Of a stretch of 64,000 nt of DNA, positions 1-13,509 are shown one piece after another. Each line of letters opens with the position of its first letter. Position 1 is the stretch's first letter. Source of the stretch: Heterodontus francisci (Eukaryota). Made by a program: the position numbers and the translations under genes. Under the pieces are notes generated by a model, which was not told the origin of the DNA, did not search any database, and was given only the letters and a program-made list of their open reading frames with translations. Location: contig NC_090387.1 in NCBI RefSeq assembly GCF_036365525.1, positions 60,622,592 through 60,686,591 on the forward strand, written 5' to 3'.

Positions 1-334
1 TATTGTTTGCTGAGAGTGGGGATAGTTTTGAATGTAAGGATAAGAGTGCAGGGTTTACTGAAATGTGTGTTTGACTAGGCAGTGAGATAGTGGGTCTGGC
101 ACATATAACAATACATTGTCAGCCTACAATAATATTTAGCATTCAGCCCCTCTAACTCGCACAACACAGATGCCTTTATTTGTTTTATAGCTGTTGTCAC
201 TGACTTTATGGTTAGGGTAAAGGGAAGCCAGGAGAAGGAATATGCTGTTCAGTCCTTCATTGGAGGGAAATGTGGGGGAGGTATGGCCACTGATGGTTCT
301 GTGGAATGGGGGCTGTAACTGGAATATTATCCAT

Positions 335-755
335 GGCTTGGTGCTAGTAGGCTCTCCTCTGAGCCAGATAGTTCATGGATTGAAATCCCACTCCAGAGAT
401 TTGAGCCCACAATCTAGACCAACACTCCAGTACATTACTGAGAGAGTGTTACACTGTCGAAGATGCCATCTTTCATGTGAGATGTTAAATTGAAGTCCCA
501 TCTGCCCACTCAGGTGGATGCAAAAGATCCATGTCACTATTTTGAAGAAAAGCAATTGAGTTTTCCTTGGTGGCCTGGCCAATAATTATCCCTTAACCAA
601 CATCACTAAAATAGTCCTTATCACATTGCTTTTAGTGGGAAAATTGGTTGTCACGTTTTCTACAACAGTGACTACACTTCCAAAGTATTTCATTGGCTGT
701 AAAGTACTTTGGGCCATCCTGTGGTTGAAAAGAGCTGATATAAAGGCAAGTTTCT
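335..755 (+). mobile_element. Deu-domain tRNA-derived SINE (SacSINE1/AmnSINE1-like), diverged
   Basis: Degenerate tRNA-like head, core 'caggtggatgcaaaagatccatgtcactattttgaaga' and L2-type tail '...tataaaggcaag'; same family as copies at 6646, 7090 and 35786. Confidence 0.7.
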
Positions 756-1084
756 CCTTTCTTTCTGAAAGATTATTGCTTTCAGATCACGATTCAAAAC
801 TTCTAAATTTTAGATTTAAATTGTGAAATACTGATCAATGCAAAAAATTAAAATGACCTTATTTGCAAATTTAACAGAGTTGTTAGAGTGAAGAATGTTA
901 ATTGCAATATTTTCCCTATACAAAGTCAATTATATAAATGCATTGTTGTACAGAGCATACTTAGGTGATACAAATGAAATGATTCAAGTTTAGTGATCAT
1001 GGCCCGAGAAAATAATAATTTTTTAACTATACAATTTCTATAAACATATAAATAGTATACTGTTTTATAGAAACATAAATAGTA

Positions 1085-1657
1085 AAATGGTTGTCAAAGG
1101 AAGGGCAGGGTCAATTGGGGGCCAAAAAGGAAATCTTCTTGTGGAGGCACAGGGCACGGCTGAGGTATCAAATGAATACTTTGCACCTGTCTTCACTATA
1201 GAAGTGGATGCTGCCATATGTCACAGTAAAGTACAGAAATTGGATAGGATAATAATAGGTAAGAAGGAAGTACTTAAAACATTGGCAGCATTCAAAGTCG
1301 AAAAGTCAATTGAGCTGATGGGATGCATTCTGTGTTTCTGAGAGAAGTAAGGATGAAAATTGCAGAGGTTCTGTCCACAGTCTGCCAATCCTCCTTGGAA
1401 CGGGGACTGGTGCCAGAGGATAGGAGAATTGTAAATGTTACACTCCTGTTCAAAAAAGTGGAGAGGGATAAACCCAGCAGGCAAGTGAACCTAACATCAG
1501 AAGCCTTTAGAGACAATAATCCAGGACAAAAATGAATTGGTATTTGGAAAATACAGGTTAATAAATGAAAGCCAGCACGGATTTGTTAGAAGTGAAGAGT
1601 AAGGATGGTAGTAGCAGACTTCAGGAAGACATATTCAGACATGAAATTTAACACTGA
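1085..1657 (+). mobile_element. CR1 LINE ORF2 fragment (continues at 4128 after a Harbinger insertion)
   Basis: Decayed peptides NEYFAPVFT and SSLERGLVPEDRRIVNVTLLFKK typical of CR1 ORF2; '...aaatttaacactga' joins 'gaattgtgaagtgattcatttt' at 4131. Confidence 0.8.
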
Positions 1658-4127
1658 GGGCCTGAACTTTGTGCGGCCAGCAGGAGCTGGAGTGGAGGCA
1701 TGGCAGGCTGAAAAATCGGGATGGGCGCGTTTGCCTGGAAACCCTACATTGTGACATTGTTTCTGGATTTTGTCAGCGGCAGGATAGGTTGGAGGCGGAG
1801 TTGTCGCCCTGATGTGGCAGGATTGCCATTTAAATTGCTGAACAGCTTGTTTGCATCGAAGTGATTGCGATTTGATGGGGGGTTTTAAATTTTGTCAACT
1901 GCTGTCAAGAATGAGGCACATTAATTTTGAACATTGATTTTAAACTGTAACTGGCGGAGTAACTGTTTGGCAGAGAGTTTCATTTGTTGTGACTTTTTTA
2001 AATTAAAATAAAACCACCCAGTTTGTATTACTGGAGTGAAGAAAGGATTTGTTAAACAGATCAGCCGTATTTGGAAAAGGTATTTGCATATTAACAGACA
2101 GTGTTTGGAAGGGCAAAGCAGCCATTCCCTGACACATTCAACCCACAATGAACTTTTGATCACCAGATGTTGAAGGTGGGGGAGCTCGCATTCCAGGTTA
2201 ACTGCTAAGATGGCCGAATACACATACAGACATGGTCAAACCAGCTAGTCACATGACTAACCTGCTAGGCAACCTGAAGTTTTTGAATTTGTACAGACAG
2301 TTTGGGAAGAGCAGAATGCTCCCTGACTGAGAAGATCTCCCCTGGCTGGCTTGCCACAGCCTCTCCTGTCCGCCTGCTCCCATCTCTTTCTCACAAGCTC
2401 CTAAATCCACTGAAGACACATGAACCCCAAGAGAGAAAAGTCGCCTACAGCGTACAAGGTTTAAGAAGAATACTGGGCCCCAACGAAAAGCAAGATCTAC
2501 CAACAATCAAGGACTCTACAGTGAGCTCAAAGAACTGTAACAATAACTCTTCAGATATTGCCTCAAACCTTTCCACTTTATTTTTCTTCTGCTCTTTTCT
2601 GTCTCTATTTGCATGTGTGTATCGCATATGCATGATAGCGTGGGCGTGTCGTGTATCTGTAGGCCTTAACCAAATTAGAGTTTAAGATTAAATTAAATAA
2701 ATTTCAACTTTTCTTCTTTAAACCTGAGAAAGCCTGTTTGTGTTGGTTTCTTTGTCTTATAATTGGAAAGCGGTAAACAAGGATTCACCAAGGGGGAGCT
2801 AAAAACACGGTGTGTTTAAAATCTGTTACAGTAAGATCAGTTGAAAGGCTGAGAGGGACCCCTAGACACTTTTCTCACTTGATCGTAACAACAGCGCACA
2901 GGGATCACGCACCTTCTGATCCCCGTTCATTTAAAGGTGGCAGCACCAAGGTGAGGCCTCAGTGACATCGCGGGAAGGCAGCCATGGGGAGCATTGGATA
3001 AAGGAGGTGGGTGGGGTGGAGGCCATTGTTGCCCTGTGGTATTTGTCTCTCTGCCCTTTTTGGCTATACCTTGGGTGCAATGGTCCGGCGGGCCACATCT
3101 CGGATGCTGGGCTATCTACAACTGTGAGCACTGAGGGGCTTTAGCACGTATCCCGAGGAGACTGGCAAAGTCAAAGATGCCAAGGCAACTTCGTCTCTGC
3201 AAGGACAGTGCTCTGGAGGGCTACTGATCAGCTGGCATAGGTCTCGTACACCCTATCTTTGTGGACTCCATTGCCATGCAGCAGCGACTCAGAGGGATGG
3301 AGGGCCAGGATGTATCTGCACGCGCCATGAAGCACCAGTAGAAGAGTGGCAGCAGCCAGCCACGCCAAGAAGGGCCTTCCCACGCCAGAGTGTGGATCGT
3401 ACTCGACAGCTACTTCCAAATGTCTGAGCGGCAGTGTTAGTGAAGACTAAGGCTCTCCAGGGAGACCGTCACCAACTTCTACAGAATGAGCTGCGACCCA
3501 TGGGCTTCGTTGGACACCTAATGCCTGTGACCCTGAAGATCACCTCACAAAGCGGGCTCAATAAAGACTCTCTTCACTATATTCTGCCTGTCACCTCCTT
3601 CAATCTCGATTCCGTGCTTAGCCCCCGGCTTCACCACGTGCTCCGGCACATCTGAGACACTTAACAAATGTGGCCTGCGCCTACACTGGCAGCCCAATGA
3701 GGGAGCAAGGGTGATTGCAGCATCTCCCAATTCAGGCATAAAAAAATGAGCATTTTACAACAATAAAAGTAGTCCCAGGAAACAGCAATGACAGTGGTGT
3801 TGCAGGGGGGTCCAGCAGTTCAAACTACCATCAAAGGGGTCCAGCAGCACTCCAGTTTCACTGCCTTACAGAAAGGCAGCAATACAAGCAGGACAGGCAG
3901 CACTTTAAAAATGGTGCCAGCACCTGCATTGGAGTCCATCTGATGCCATAATCAGCACCTCGGAGCCCACCCTCGTCATGCAATTGAATGGGCTCCGCGA
4001 CTCCTTTATGTTTAGTGGCTGGCCACCGTGTGATCGCGGTCAGCCAGCTGCACACATCAAATGTGGCGATGGCACCCACTTCTGGGTCTGCCACCGGGAG
4101 CCGCGACAGGCTCACAAAATTCAGCCC
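1658..4127 (+). mobile_element. Decayed PIF/Harbinger DNA transposon with HARBI1-like transposase remnants
   Basis: TIR-like ends gggcctgaacttt / aaaattcagccc, 3-bp flanks TGA/AGA splitting a CR1; remnant peptide ELRPMGFVGHLMPVTLKIT (about 3490-3545) resembles the HARBI1-family N-terminal region. Confidence 0.6.
2168..2890 (+). mobile_element. Solo LTR (Gypsy-like) nested in the Harbinger element
   Basis: TG...gatcgtaaCA ends; 3' portion (aaacctgagaaagcctgtttg...ggtttc, ctcact..tcgtaaca) shared with the LTRs at 42728 and 48898; TSD not clean. Confidence 0.6.
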
Positions 4128-4810
4128 AGAGAATTGTGAAGTGATTCATTTTGATAGAAAGAATGTTGAGAGGCAATATTATCTAAATGCCACAATTGTA
4201 AAGGTGGTGCAGGAACAGAGAGATGTGTGGATGCATGTATACAAATCCTTGAAGGTGACAGGACAAGTTGAGAAGACTGTTACACAGATATATGGGATCC
4301 TTGGCTTTATATATAGAGGCATAGAGAAGTGAAGCAAGGAAGTTATGCTAAACTTTTGTAAAACACTGGTTAGACCCCAGCTGGAGTATTGTGGTCAAAC
4401 TGGGCACTACACTTTAGGAAGGAAGTCAAGGCCTAAGAGAAGGTGCAGAGGAAGTTTACTATAATGGTACCCTGGATGAAAGACTTCAGTTACATAGAGA
4501 GACGAAATAAACTGGGGTTACTTTCCTTAGAGCAGAGAAGGTTAAGGGGAGATTTGATAGAGGTGTACAAAATCATGAAAGTTTTTCATAGAAAAAGTAG
4601 GGAGAAACTGTTTCTAGTAGCATAAAACTCAGTAACTAGAGGATACAGGTTTAAGATAATTGGTAAAAGAACCAGAGGCAACTTGAAGAATTCTTTTTTA
4701 ATAGTTGTATGACCTAGAATGCATTACCTGAAAGGGTGATTAAAAACAGATTAAATAATAACTTTCAAAAGGGAATTGGGGGAAAATTTGCAGGGCAATG
4801 GGGAAAGAGC
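4128..4810 (+). mobile_element. CR1 LINE 3' ORF2 fragment
   Basis: CEVIHF..., YGILGFI..GIE, LGLLSLEQRRLRGDLIEVYKIM are CR1 C-terminal motifs; broken by stops and frameshifts. Confidence 0.85.
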
Positions 4811-5814
4811 TAGAAATTCTATAATTCTACCCAATCAAGATAGCCCTGCAAAAAAAAAACTACCTAATGACAGTACATTGCATACAGTCTGCAGCGCAAA
4901 CCTTCCCAGTGGAATATTGTATCACTGAAACCATGTTTTGAAAATAGGTTGTTCTAGGTACTGAACCTGAAAGGGTGATTATATCTCTTTAAACTCAGTC
5001 TGAATTGCAACTTTGTTGGTATGATACTAACTGGAGTGATTAATCTCAGCATAAATTTCTTGTAGCACAAGTTTTTTTTTGTGTGTCTACAAATTTAGGA
5101 TTCAGGAAGTTCTTCACTCCTAACTCTTGATTTTTCCAATGAATACTGCCTAATATTCTGCTGTGGTTTCTGGCAGAAAGTGCCCACCTTAACATGGGCA
5201 GGCATACAGAAATAAGGGATAATGACTTGGTGATGTCATGCATGCCATTTGCCATCATTACTGTTTCATTTACACTAATCACTAACCTTGCCAGAATAAA
5301 ACAGGTGTTGGGTATTGCAAAGTGCTATAGAAAAGGCAGAAGTGGATTTAAAGAGTGCAATAGTTTTTTTTAAATAATCCACTTCCCTTGTTTTTTTACT
5401 GCTGACAACTGCTTTACCATTTACCTTTGTGCCTTCTCGTGCCAACAATCAGGGTTCCACAGAAGCAGGTAGTGGACTGCTAATTAGTAACTATCATCAG
5501 AGACCATTCATCATAACTGCACAAACACTTGCTGCTCTGAAAGCACACTTTTAATAGCAGGGCCTGTGAGATTATGTTTAATTGAACCTAAACCAAATAT
5601 ACAACTGTGGTACCCAGTGCTTAATTCCCATAACAGAAACTGCAATGAGGACAGATCTGATAACACGAGATTCCAGCCACTGGAGGTTTGTATTCCTTAA
5701 AATGCCCCTTCCCATTCTAATTCTTAATCATTGAACTAACCAGCTGAAACAGGAGAATCTTTACCAATGAGTACTGAATAAAATATACTGTAATCACTCT
5801 AACACCAGTACAGT

Positions 5815-6285
5815 ACAGAAGCTTGACACTATCCAGGACAAAGCAGCCTGCTTGATTGGCACCCCATCCACCACCTTCAACATTCACTCACTCCACCATC
5901 AATGCACAGTGGCAGCAGTGTGTACCATATACAAGAGGCACTGCAGAAACTCATCAAGGTTCCTTCGACAGCACCTTCCAAACCCGCGACCTTTACCTCC
6001 TAGAAGGACAAGAGCAGCAGATGTATGGGAACACCACCACCTGCAAGTTCCCCTCCAAGCCACACACCATCCTGTCTTGGAACTATATCGTCGTTTCTTC
6101 ACTCGCTGGGTCAAAATCCAGGAACTCCCTTCCTAACAGCACTGTGGGTGTACCTACCCCACATGGACTGCAGCAGTTCAAGAAGGCAGCTCACCACCAC
6201 CTTCTCAAGGGCAATTAGGGATGGGCAATAAACGCTTGCCTAGACAGTGATGCCCACATCCCATGAACAGATAAATTTTTAAAAA
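5815..6285 (+). mobile_element. CR1-group LINE (second family) 3' end
   Basis: LDTIQDKAACLIG...HSLHHQCTVAAVCTIYK...FKKAAHHHLLKGN; tail 'gggcaataaacgcttgcctagacagtgatgcccacatccc'; same family at 14790, 44540 and 54890. Confidence 0.75.
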
Positions 6286-6645
6286 GTACAAGTTGCCATA
6301 CACATAAATTACAAAATGCTCTGTTCATTCCACATATTAGTGCTCAAAAATAACTTCTGGGGATTGGACACAGCACATTAGAACCATGATAAGATGAATT
6401 GTTGTGCTGAAGTAGCTAACGACCGGCATAGATATAGTTTCTAGGGCATGAAAATTGGATTGTGCCCAAATTGGGTGGAATCCACAGGCGTAATGAGGCT
6501 GGCGGCAGGACCATGGCAAATTGGTCTGCTGGCCTGATTAAGATATTACAGGTGAGCGACGGACAATAGTCATGGCCTCAGGGGTAGCTCACCAGTTGGG
6601 GGTGGTAAGGGTAGGGGCAGCAAGATTGGTCACCTGGGGACTTAA

Positions 6646-7085
6646 AGAATGATTTGTATTTATATAGTGCCTTTCACAACCACCAGACATCCTAAAGCAT
6701 TTACAGCCGATGAAGAACTTTTGAAGTGTTGTCACTGTTGTATTGTAGGAAACGTGGCAGCCAATTTGTGCATCGCAAGCTCCCACAAACAGCAATGAGA
6801 TAATGAGCAGATAATCTGTTTTTGTGATGTTGATTGAGGGATAAATATTGGCCAGGATGCTGGGGAAACTCCTTTGCTCGTCTTCGAAATAGTGACATGG
6901 GATCTTTTGTGTCCACCTGGAGAGCAGACTGGGCCTTGGTTTAACGTCTCAGCCAAAAGAAAGCACCCCTGACAATGCAGCACTCCCTCAATATTGCACT
7001 GGAGTGTCAGCCTAGACTGGAACTTGTACCCCCAATGCTCTGATTCAGAGGCAAGAGCACTACCAACTGAACCACAGCTGACACA
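6646..7085 (-). mobile_element. Deu-domain SINE (SacSINE1-like), near full length
   Basis: On the minus strand: tRNA-like head (gtcagctgtggttcagttggtagtgc...), Deu core and L2-derived tail. Confidence 0.8.
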
Positions 7086-7089
7086 CAAA

Positions 7090-7470
7090 GAAAAATTTGC
7101 CTTTATATAACGCTGTTCATGATCTCAGAACATACCAAAACCACTTTACAGCCAATGAAATACTTTTGAAGTGTAGTCACTTCTGCAATATAGGAAACAC
7201 AGCAGCCAATTTGTGCACAGTAAGCTCCCACAAACAGTAATGTGATAAGGATGAACTAATCTGTTATCATGATGTTGGTACAGGGGTAAAGATTGTACAG
7301 GATACCAGGGATAACTCCCCTTCTCTTCAAAATAGTGCCATGGGATCTTTTACATTAACCTGAGAGAGCAGACTGGGCCTCAGTTTAACATTCCATCCAA
7401 AAGACAGCACCACCAACACTGCAGCCCTTCCTCTGTACTGCACTTGTGTGTCAGCCTTGATTTATGTGCT
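7090..7470 (-). mobile_element. Deu-domain SINE (SacSINE1-like), second tandem copy lacking the head
   Basis: Direct similarity to 6646-7085 along its length. Confidence 0.75.
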
Positions 7471-7479
7471 CAGGAAGGA

Positions 7480-8235
7480 GTTTTTTTTATTTATTTCCAA
7501 AATATACTTTATTCATAAAAATCTGTAAAAATTACATTGCCAAACAGTTTCCAAACAGCCCCAAAAAATACAAACATTGCAAGGGAGATCAGTTTCCTTC
7601 AATACTGTCATGAGTTTCTTCCTAACCCTTCTGTTTCACAATTGTCATGTCAATTCCAGTTTTACATTTACAGCAATTGAGAATATTAACGATACAGTTC
7701 GAGGGTTTCCCATGGATCCAGTCCCTCAGTCCAGCTTGGTGGGGGAACCTTACACTGTGGTCTTTCCCCACTGAGCCTTTGCTGCGGCTGCCCCAAGCTT
7801 TAGTGCGTCCCTCAGCACGTAGTCCTGGACCTTGGAATGTGCCAGTCTGCAACATTCGGTGGTGGACAACTCTTTGCGCTGGAAGACCAGCAAGTTTCGG
7901 GCAGACCAAAGGGCGTCTTTCACCGAATTGATAGTCCTCCAGCAGCAGTTGATGTTTGTCTCGGTGTGCGTCCCTGGGAACAGCCCATAAAGCACAGACT
8001 CCAGTGTTACAGAGCTGCTTGGGATGAACCTTGACAAAAACCACTGCATCTCTTTCCACACCTGCTTTGCAAAGGCACATTCCAGGAGGAGGTGGGCGAC
8101 CGTCTCTTCCCCACCACAGCCAACGCGGGGGCACTGTGCGGTGGGGGCGAGACTTCGGGTGTGCATGAAGGATCTGACGGGGAGGGCCCTTCTCACCACC
8201 AGCCAAGCTACGTCTTGGTGCTTGTTTGAAAGTTC
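7480..8235 (-). mobile_element. L1/Tx1-clade LINE, 5'-truncated 3' end with zf-RVT zinc finger
   Basis: Open frame ...HQDVAWLVVRRALPVRSFM...CPRVGCGGEETVAHLLLEC...KDALWSARN; AATAAA and poly(A) tail on the minus strand (T-run at about 7480). Confidence 0.85.
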
Positions 8236-8396
8236 TGGTAGGAAGGAGTGTGACAATTGGGAGGTGTGGAGTGGGGGTTGGGGGGGGTGGAAAATTAGTG
8301 GTGTTCGGCAGTGCCCTGCTCCTCCCAGCTCCACATTGAGGTTAGTTTTCCTTAAGCACTTACCTCTTTGCTGACAGCCTAAAGGGAACACTAGTT

Positions 8397-8739
8397 ACTT
8401 TAGTTTAGAGATACAGCACTGAAACAGGCCCTTCGGCCCACCGTGTCTGTGCCGACCATCAACCACCCAGATATACTAATCCTACACTTTTCCCATATTC
8501 CCACCACATCCCCACCTGTCTCTATATTTCCCTACCACCTATCTATATTAGGGGCAATTTATAATGGCCAATTTACCTACCAACCTGCAAGTCTTTTGGC
8601 TTGTGGGAGGAAACTGGAGCACCCGGAGAAAACCCACGCAGACACAGGCAGAACTTGCAAACTTCACACAGGCAGTACCCAGAATTGAACCCGGGTCGCT
8701 GGAGCTGTGAGGCTGCGGTGCTAACCACTGCGCCGCCCA
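8397..8739 (-). mobile_element. HE1-type V-SINE, full length
   Basis: tRNA A/B boxes (ggcgcagtggttagcac, ggttcaattc), V-domain ctccgggtgctccagtttcctcccac and CR1-derived tail. Confidence 0.9.
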
Positions 8740-9423
8740 TGTAGACCTGGTAATCCTGATTGCAGCAGACCTGACATTTGTTGCATTCAGGAAAACAAAT
8801 TTCCAATTTGGGGCCTAAAACAGCCATTAAACCCTGTTATTAACATATGTTATAATGCCTGTTTAGGTGGCAGCCAGGGATGCCTCTACATCACCTAAAC
8901 CCTATGATGTCAGGTGTGTTTCCCAGGCTGTTCAGGCACAGGAGGTTGACCCCCTAATTTGGATCTCTTTTCTCCCATTTCCTGTCTGGAAAGTGGAATC
9001 CCGAAGGATTCAATAAATTGCTAGTACAGAGGCTGAGGCTGGATCTATGTAACCCACTTTGGGGAGTTAGGGAAGTAATGAGTAAACATGGAGAAATGTT
9101 GTAAATAAGGTGTTCTTGTGTCTGAATTGCAGTCTGATTTCTTCACTCCAACAATATCAAGAATTATAGATGTAAAACAAGCAGCAAGTTAAGATACCTG
9201 TCTATTGTTTGCTCTGGAGATACACAATGAATAAATCTTCTCGGTGATCTAATGGCACATAGTGATGTTACAGGTTACAGGCTGTCACGAATAACTCTTG
9301 CACACCTTCCTAGCTCAATCAGACCATTGTGCCGAAAGGTCTAGGATAAAGTGTAGGCACCTCCCCACAGAAAAAAAAATCAAACGCCAGATCCCACAAG
9401 CAATTATGGACTTCCTGTAATTA

Positions 9424-10322
9424 TAAAAGCAAAATACTGTGGATTCTGGAAAATTGGAACAAAAACAAAATGCTGGGAATACTCAGCAGGTCAGGCAGCA
9501 TCGATCTGAAACCTTGGGCACAATTTTCAGGCCCCGCCGATGTCGGAACGGAGGCAGAGACAGCCCAAAAATACCGATGCTGGCTGGCGTGGTGGTTTCC
9601 CGACCCCATTCCCGGCACTGGCAATTTCTGCCAAGGCTGGTTCGGGCCCAGCATGTCTACCCGCCCGCACAAGATAAGTGGCTAATTAGGTTCATTAAGA
9701 GCTTTGTTACAGGGTACTAAAAGGAGGGCAAATGGGATTTTCCAGTCAGCCTTCAGTTTCCTGATGCTGGGGGACAGTTTAACTGCTTGGAGGCAGGCAC
9801 TCAGTGGTAGGCTGGGGGGGGGTGGGGGGGGGTACCAGCACTGCAGGTAGGCCTACAGGCTCTCAATGCCTGCCTGGGTGTGGGTGCTGCCAAATGGCTG
9901 CACTGTAGAGGGATTCCCCCTCACCTACTCAACCCCCACCCTACCATCCACACTGGTGGCCTGGATGCTGAATCTGTTTTTTTACTTTTTTATTTACATT
10001 TTTAAAAAGATTGGAGAGATGGCACCTATGTGTTGAATTGCCCTCTCAGTTGCTTACCCTTTACTGCAGCCTGCTGTTGCTCTCAAGCTGGACAACCTCT
10101 GGTTGGCCCTCCAGCTTTGAGACCCCACCTGCCACCCTTAATTGGACAGGGAACCTGTCTTCATGCAAATTAGGGGGCCGCCTTAGAGGTGGGATCAGGA
10201 CCCAGAAGCAGTCCCAACTCATGTTTCCCGGCCCCAATGTGAAAATTCAGTCTATTAACTCTGTTCCTCTTTCCACAGATGCTGCCTGACCTGCTGAGCA
10301 TTTCCAGCATTTTCTGTTTTTA
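9424..10322. mobile_element. Fold-back Penelope-terminus insertion carrying a nested Harbinger-like MITE (9516-10253)
   Basis: Inverted arms aaaagcaaaatactg...ctcagcaggtcaggcagcatc / gatgctgcctgacctgctgag...; 12-bp TSD ttcctgtaatta at 9412 and 10323. Confidence 0.75.
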
Positions 10323-10394
10323 TTCCTGTAATTAGATACCATTTTGAGTATCAGCCTTTAGTGGCGTTCCCTTAAGACTCAATGTTTCAATTCA

Positions 10395-11205
10395 CAGAAT
10401 TACAGAATCACAGAATTGTTACAGCACAGGAGGAGGTCATTTTGCCCATCGTGTCTGCAACGGCTCTCCAAATGAGCAATTCACTTAGTGCCACTCCCCC
10501 GCCTTCTCCCCATAACCCTGCGCATTCTTCCTTTTCATATAACTGTCTAATTACCTTTCAAAGGCTTCAATTGAACCTGCCTCCACCACACTCCCAGGCA
10601 GCCCATTCCAGTCTTTAACCACTCAGTACATGAAAACGTTTTTCATAGTGTCGCTTTTGCTTCTTCTACCAATTACTTTAAATCTGTGCCCTCTTGTTCT
10701 CGATCCTTTCATGAGTGGGAACAGTTTCTCCCTATCTACTATGTCCAGACCCCTCACGATTTTGAATACCTCTATCAAATCTCCTCAGCCTTCTTTTTTC
10801 CAAGGACAACAGTCCCACCTTCTCCAATCTATCTTCATAAATGTAGTTCCTCATCCCTGGAACCATTCTAGTGAATCTTTTCTGCACTCTCTCCAATGCC
10901 CTCACATGTTTCATGAAGTGTAGTGCCCAAACCTGGATGCAATACTCCATGTGAGGCCGAACTAGTGTCTTATACAAGTTCAACATAACCTCCTTGCTCT
11001 TGTACTCTATGCCGCTATTAATAAAGCCCAGGATACCGTATGCTTTATTAACTGCTCTCTCAACCTGTCCTGTTACCTTCAATGACTTATGCACATATAC
11101 ATCCAGGTCCCTCTGCTCCTGCACCCCCTTTAGAATTGTACTCTTTATTTTACATTGTCTCTCCATGTTCTTCCTGCCAAAATGAATCACTTCACATTTC
11201 TCAGT
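10395..11205 (-). mobile_element. CR1 LINE 3' end
   Basis: 152-aa ORF IHFGRKN...LYKTLVRPHMEYCIQVW...LERVQKRFTRMVPG; microsatellite-like tail (acagaatc)n. Confidence 0.9.
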
Positions 11206-12119
11206 TAAGTGACTGGTTAGATCCAGAAGTCAGACGATAGGTCAGAGTTTGTGAGCTGGCAGTGAGCTATTTGATGCTGCTGAATGTAATTGTTTTCAAC
11301 CAGAATAAAGGAATGTTATTCCTGTATTATTCAGTTCCGCATCATTAGCTGGTGCCGCTCGTCTCCTCAGTTGGTCAACAATGCATGGTGTTAAGGGATG
11401 GACTCCGAAAAGAAAATAATTTAAGAAAAGGATAATTGTAGATAAGTTTTGATGGTCTAAAACTGGTGTGGACATAGTCACAAGCTTAGTAAATGATGTA
11501 CCTGTGAATGTTGCATTCTCTGATCTGAAAGAGCCCACTGTGAGAGAGTGGATGTGAGACTGAACAGACGTGCTATATTGAAATCTGAGGTCAGGCACAC
11601 GCAGGCTTTTATAGCTATCATTTCAGTAATATCATCGGAGGTCTATGTAAAAGTTGGGACATTATTCATCCCAAAGAATTTAGTATAAATATTTATTAAT
11701 TCCAAAGTCTTTTTATTGAGGTTTATCAGTCAATGGAACCTTCTTTTCATTTTATGTATATATATAAAACCTGGTAGTATCCCTGTCATGAATGCCTTTC
11801 CTCCACTCTACAGCTAAGTAAACAGCTTGATTTTGTTTCATTTAAGAAGTGGGTATGATATTACCCATTTTCCCAAGACAGCAAACAAGATACTTTCAGG
11901 CAATTTAACATCTCACAGTGCATGTTCAACATGGCTAATTTGTCCTGACATCTTTGGAAGGATTTCTATTCAAATTCTAGCCGTGCCGCACAATCAATCA
12001 GAGCATATTTTACCCTGTTTACACTTTCCCTTTGACACCAGCATACATGCCAACATGGAACACTTATCCAATGAAAAGTGAAAACTAATATTAACAAAAA
12101 AAAAGGCAGATCCTTTTCA

Positions 12120-12312
12120 GATCTGAAACCAAAACAGAAAATGCTGAAACTGCTCAGCAGATCGCTCAGCATCTGTGGAGAGAACAGACATGACACTGTT
12201 TCTCGTGTGGATCTGAAAGATGTGGTTGTGATGGTGGAAACGTTAACTCTGTATCTTTCTCCACAGATGCCTGCCCTGCTGATTGGTTTCAGCATTTTCT
12301 GTCTTTGATTCA
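12120..12312. mobile_element. Old fold-back Penelope-terminus element
   Basis: Inverted arms cagaaaatgctgaaac...agcatctgtggagaga / tctccacagatg...cagcattttctg. Confidence 0.6.
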
Positions 12313-13509
12313 AGTTGTAATGCAGGTGTTGTAACATAAACTGTAGATTTGCTCATCGTTGCTTCACATGAACTTAGAAATGCAAAAAGAACAGCAGGAA
12401 GGGGAGATGGGCAGTGTGTTTCCAAGGTGGTTTGGGGACATTCTGTCCCAGAAAATGTTGAACTTTGACATTAAAAATGATTGATTCTGATTAATATGAA
12501 GTACTTTTGCAGTTTAAATTATTAGAAGGTTAATCTTAACAAAAAGGAAAACAAACTGACATATAGATTTTCAACAGACCAGCCAGATCATCATTTTCAC
12601 AAAAGTTACCCCAATTATCACTCTGCCACATCCAACTTCCACCCCTTTCAGATGTCCTCTTAAACTATTCCCCCAGACCAGTTTATGGAGATGCTGTAAC
12701 TCAGTCATCCACCCAGTCTTTCATAATGACTCTCTCCAATCTCCAATCCTCCCAGTAGCACTGTTTTACCCTTCTCCCCTCATTTCAACAGGCACTCTTC
12801 CCCCTCCCCACGTTGCCATCCGATCCACATCAAGCTAATATTCTTCTTCACCTTCCCTCCCAGTTAATGCTGGCACTCTTCTCCCCAACCCAAAGTGCCA
12901 CGTTTCTGCCCACATCCCTCTCCTAAACATGGCCATCCTTCCATTTTCTCCCCCACTGTTTTCTCTCCCCGAAACCCCCTCCATGCTGATTCCTGTTGCT
13001 AACTTGGTCTGTCTATTAATAGTCCAAGCACACAACCTTGCTTACATTAATAGCAGTTGTTACAGCTGTATGCTGTGCAAATGACCAGAATTCATGGTGT
13101 CAGTCTTAGGAACAGCAAAGATGGGAGAGAGTCCTCGGCTGTGACTAGGCTAGGATGAGGACTAAGGGGAAATGGACCTAGTCTGTGCCAATTTTGGTCA
13201 TCAAATGTTAGCACGCTAACTGTAACAATCAAACACTGACAGTTAACATGATTATTCCAGCACCTTGGTTTAAACAGCAAAAATAAATGTCCCTGAGGAT
13301 ACTCATACATTTGGAACAACTATCTGAGCACAGTTAGAACTGTGGAAGTACACTATTAGCCATGTCTGATTTCAAAGTAATTAAGGAAAATCCACTGATC
13401 CCACTTGCAATGAAGAGTCGTGCCCAAAGAGAGCATGGAGGGGAGACAGGGCCTCAATGGGGCCATGGAACAGTCAAATTACCCCATTACTTCAGTCCCA
13501 GCATCTAAA

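Noticed and set aside
7750-8391. 213-aa novel zinc-finger gene
   Set aside because: C-terminus of an L1/Tx1 ORF2 fused by chance to flanking sequence, followed by a poly(A) tail
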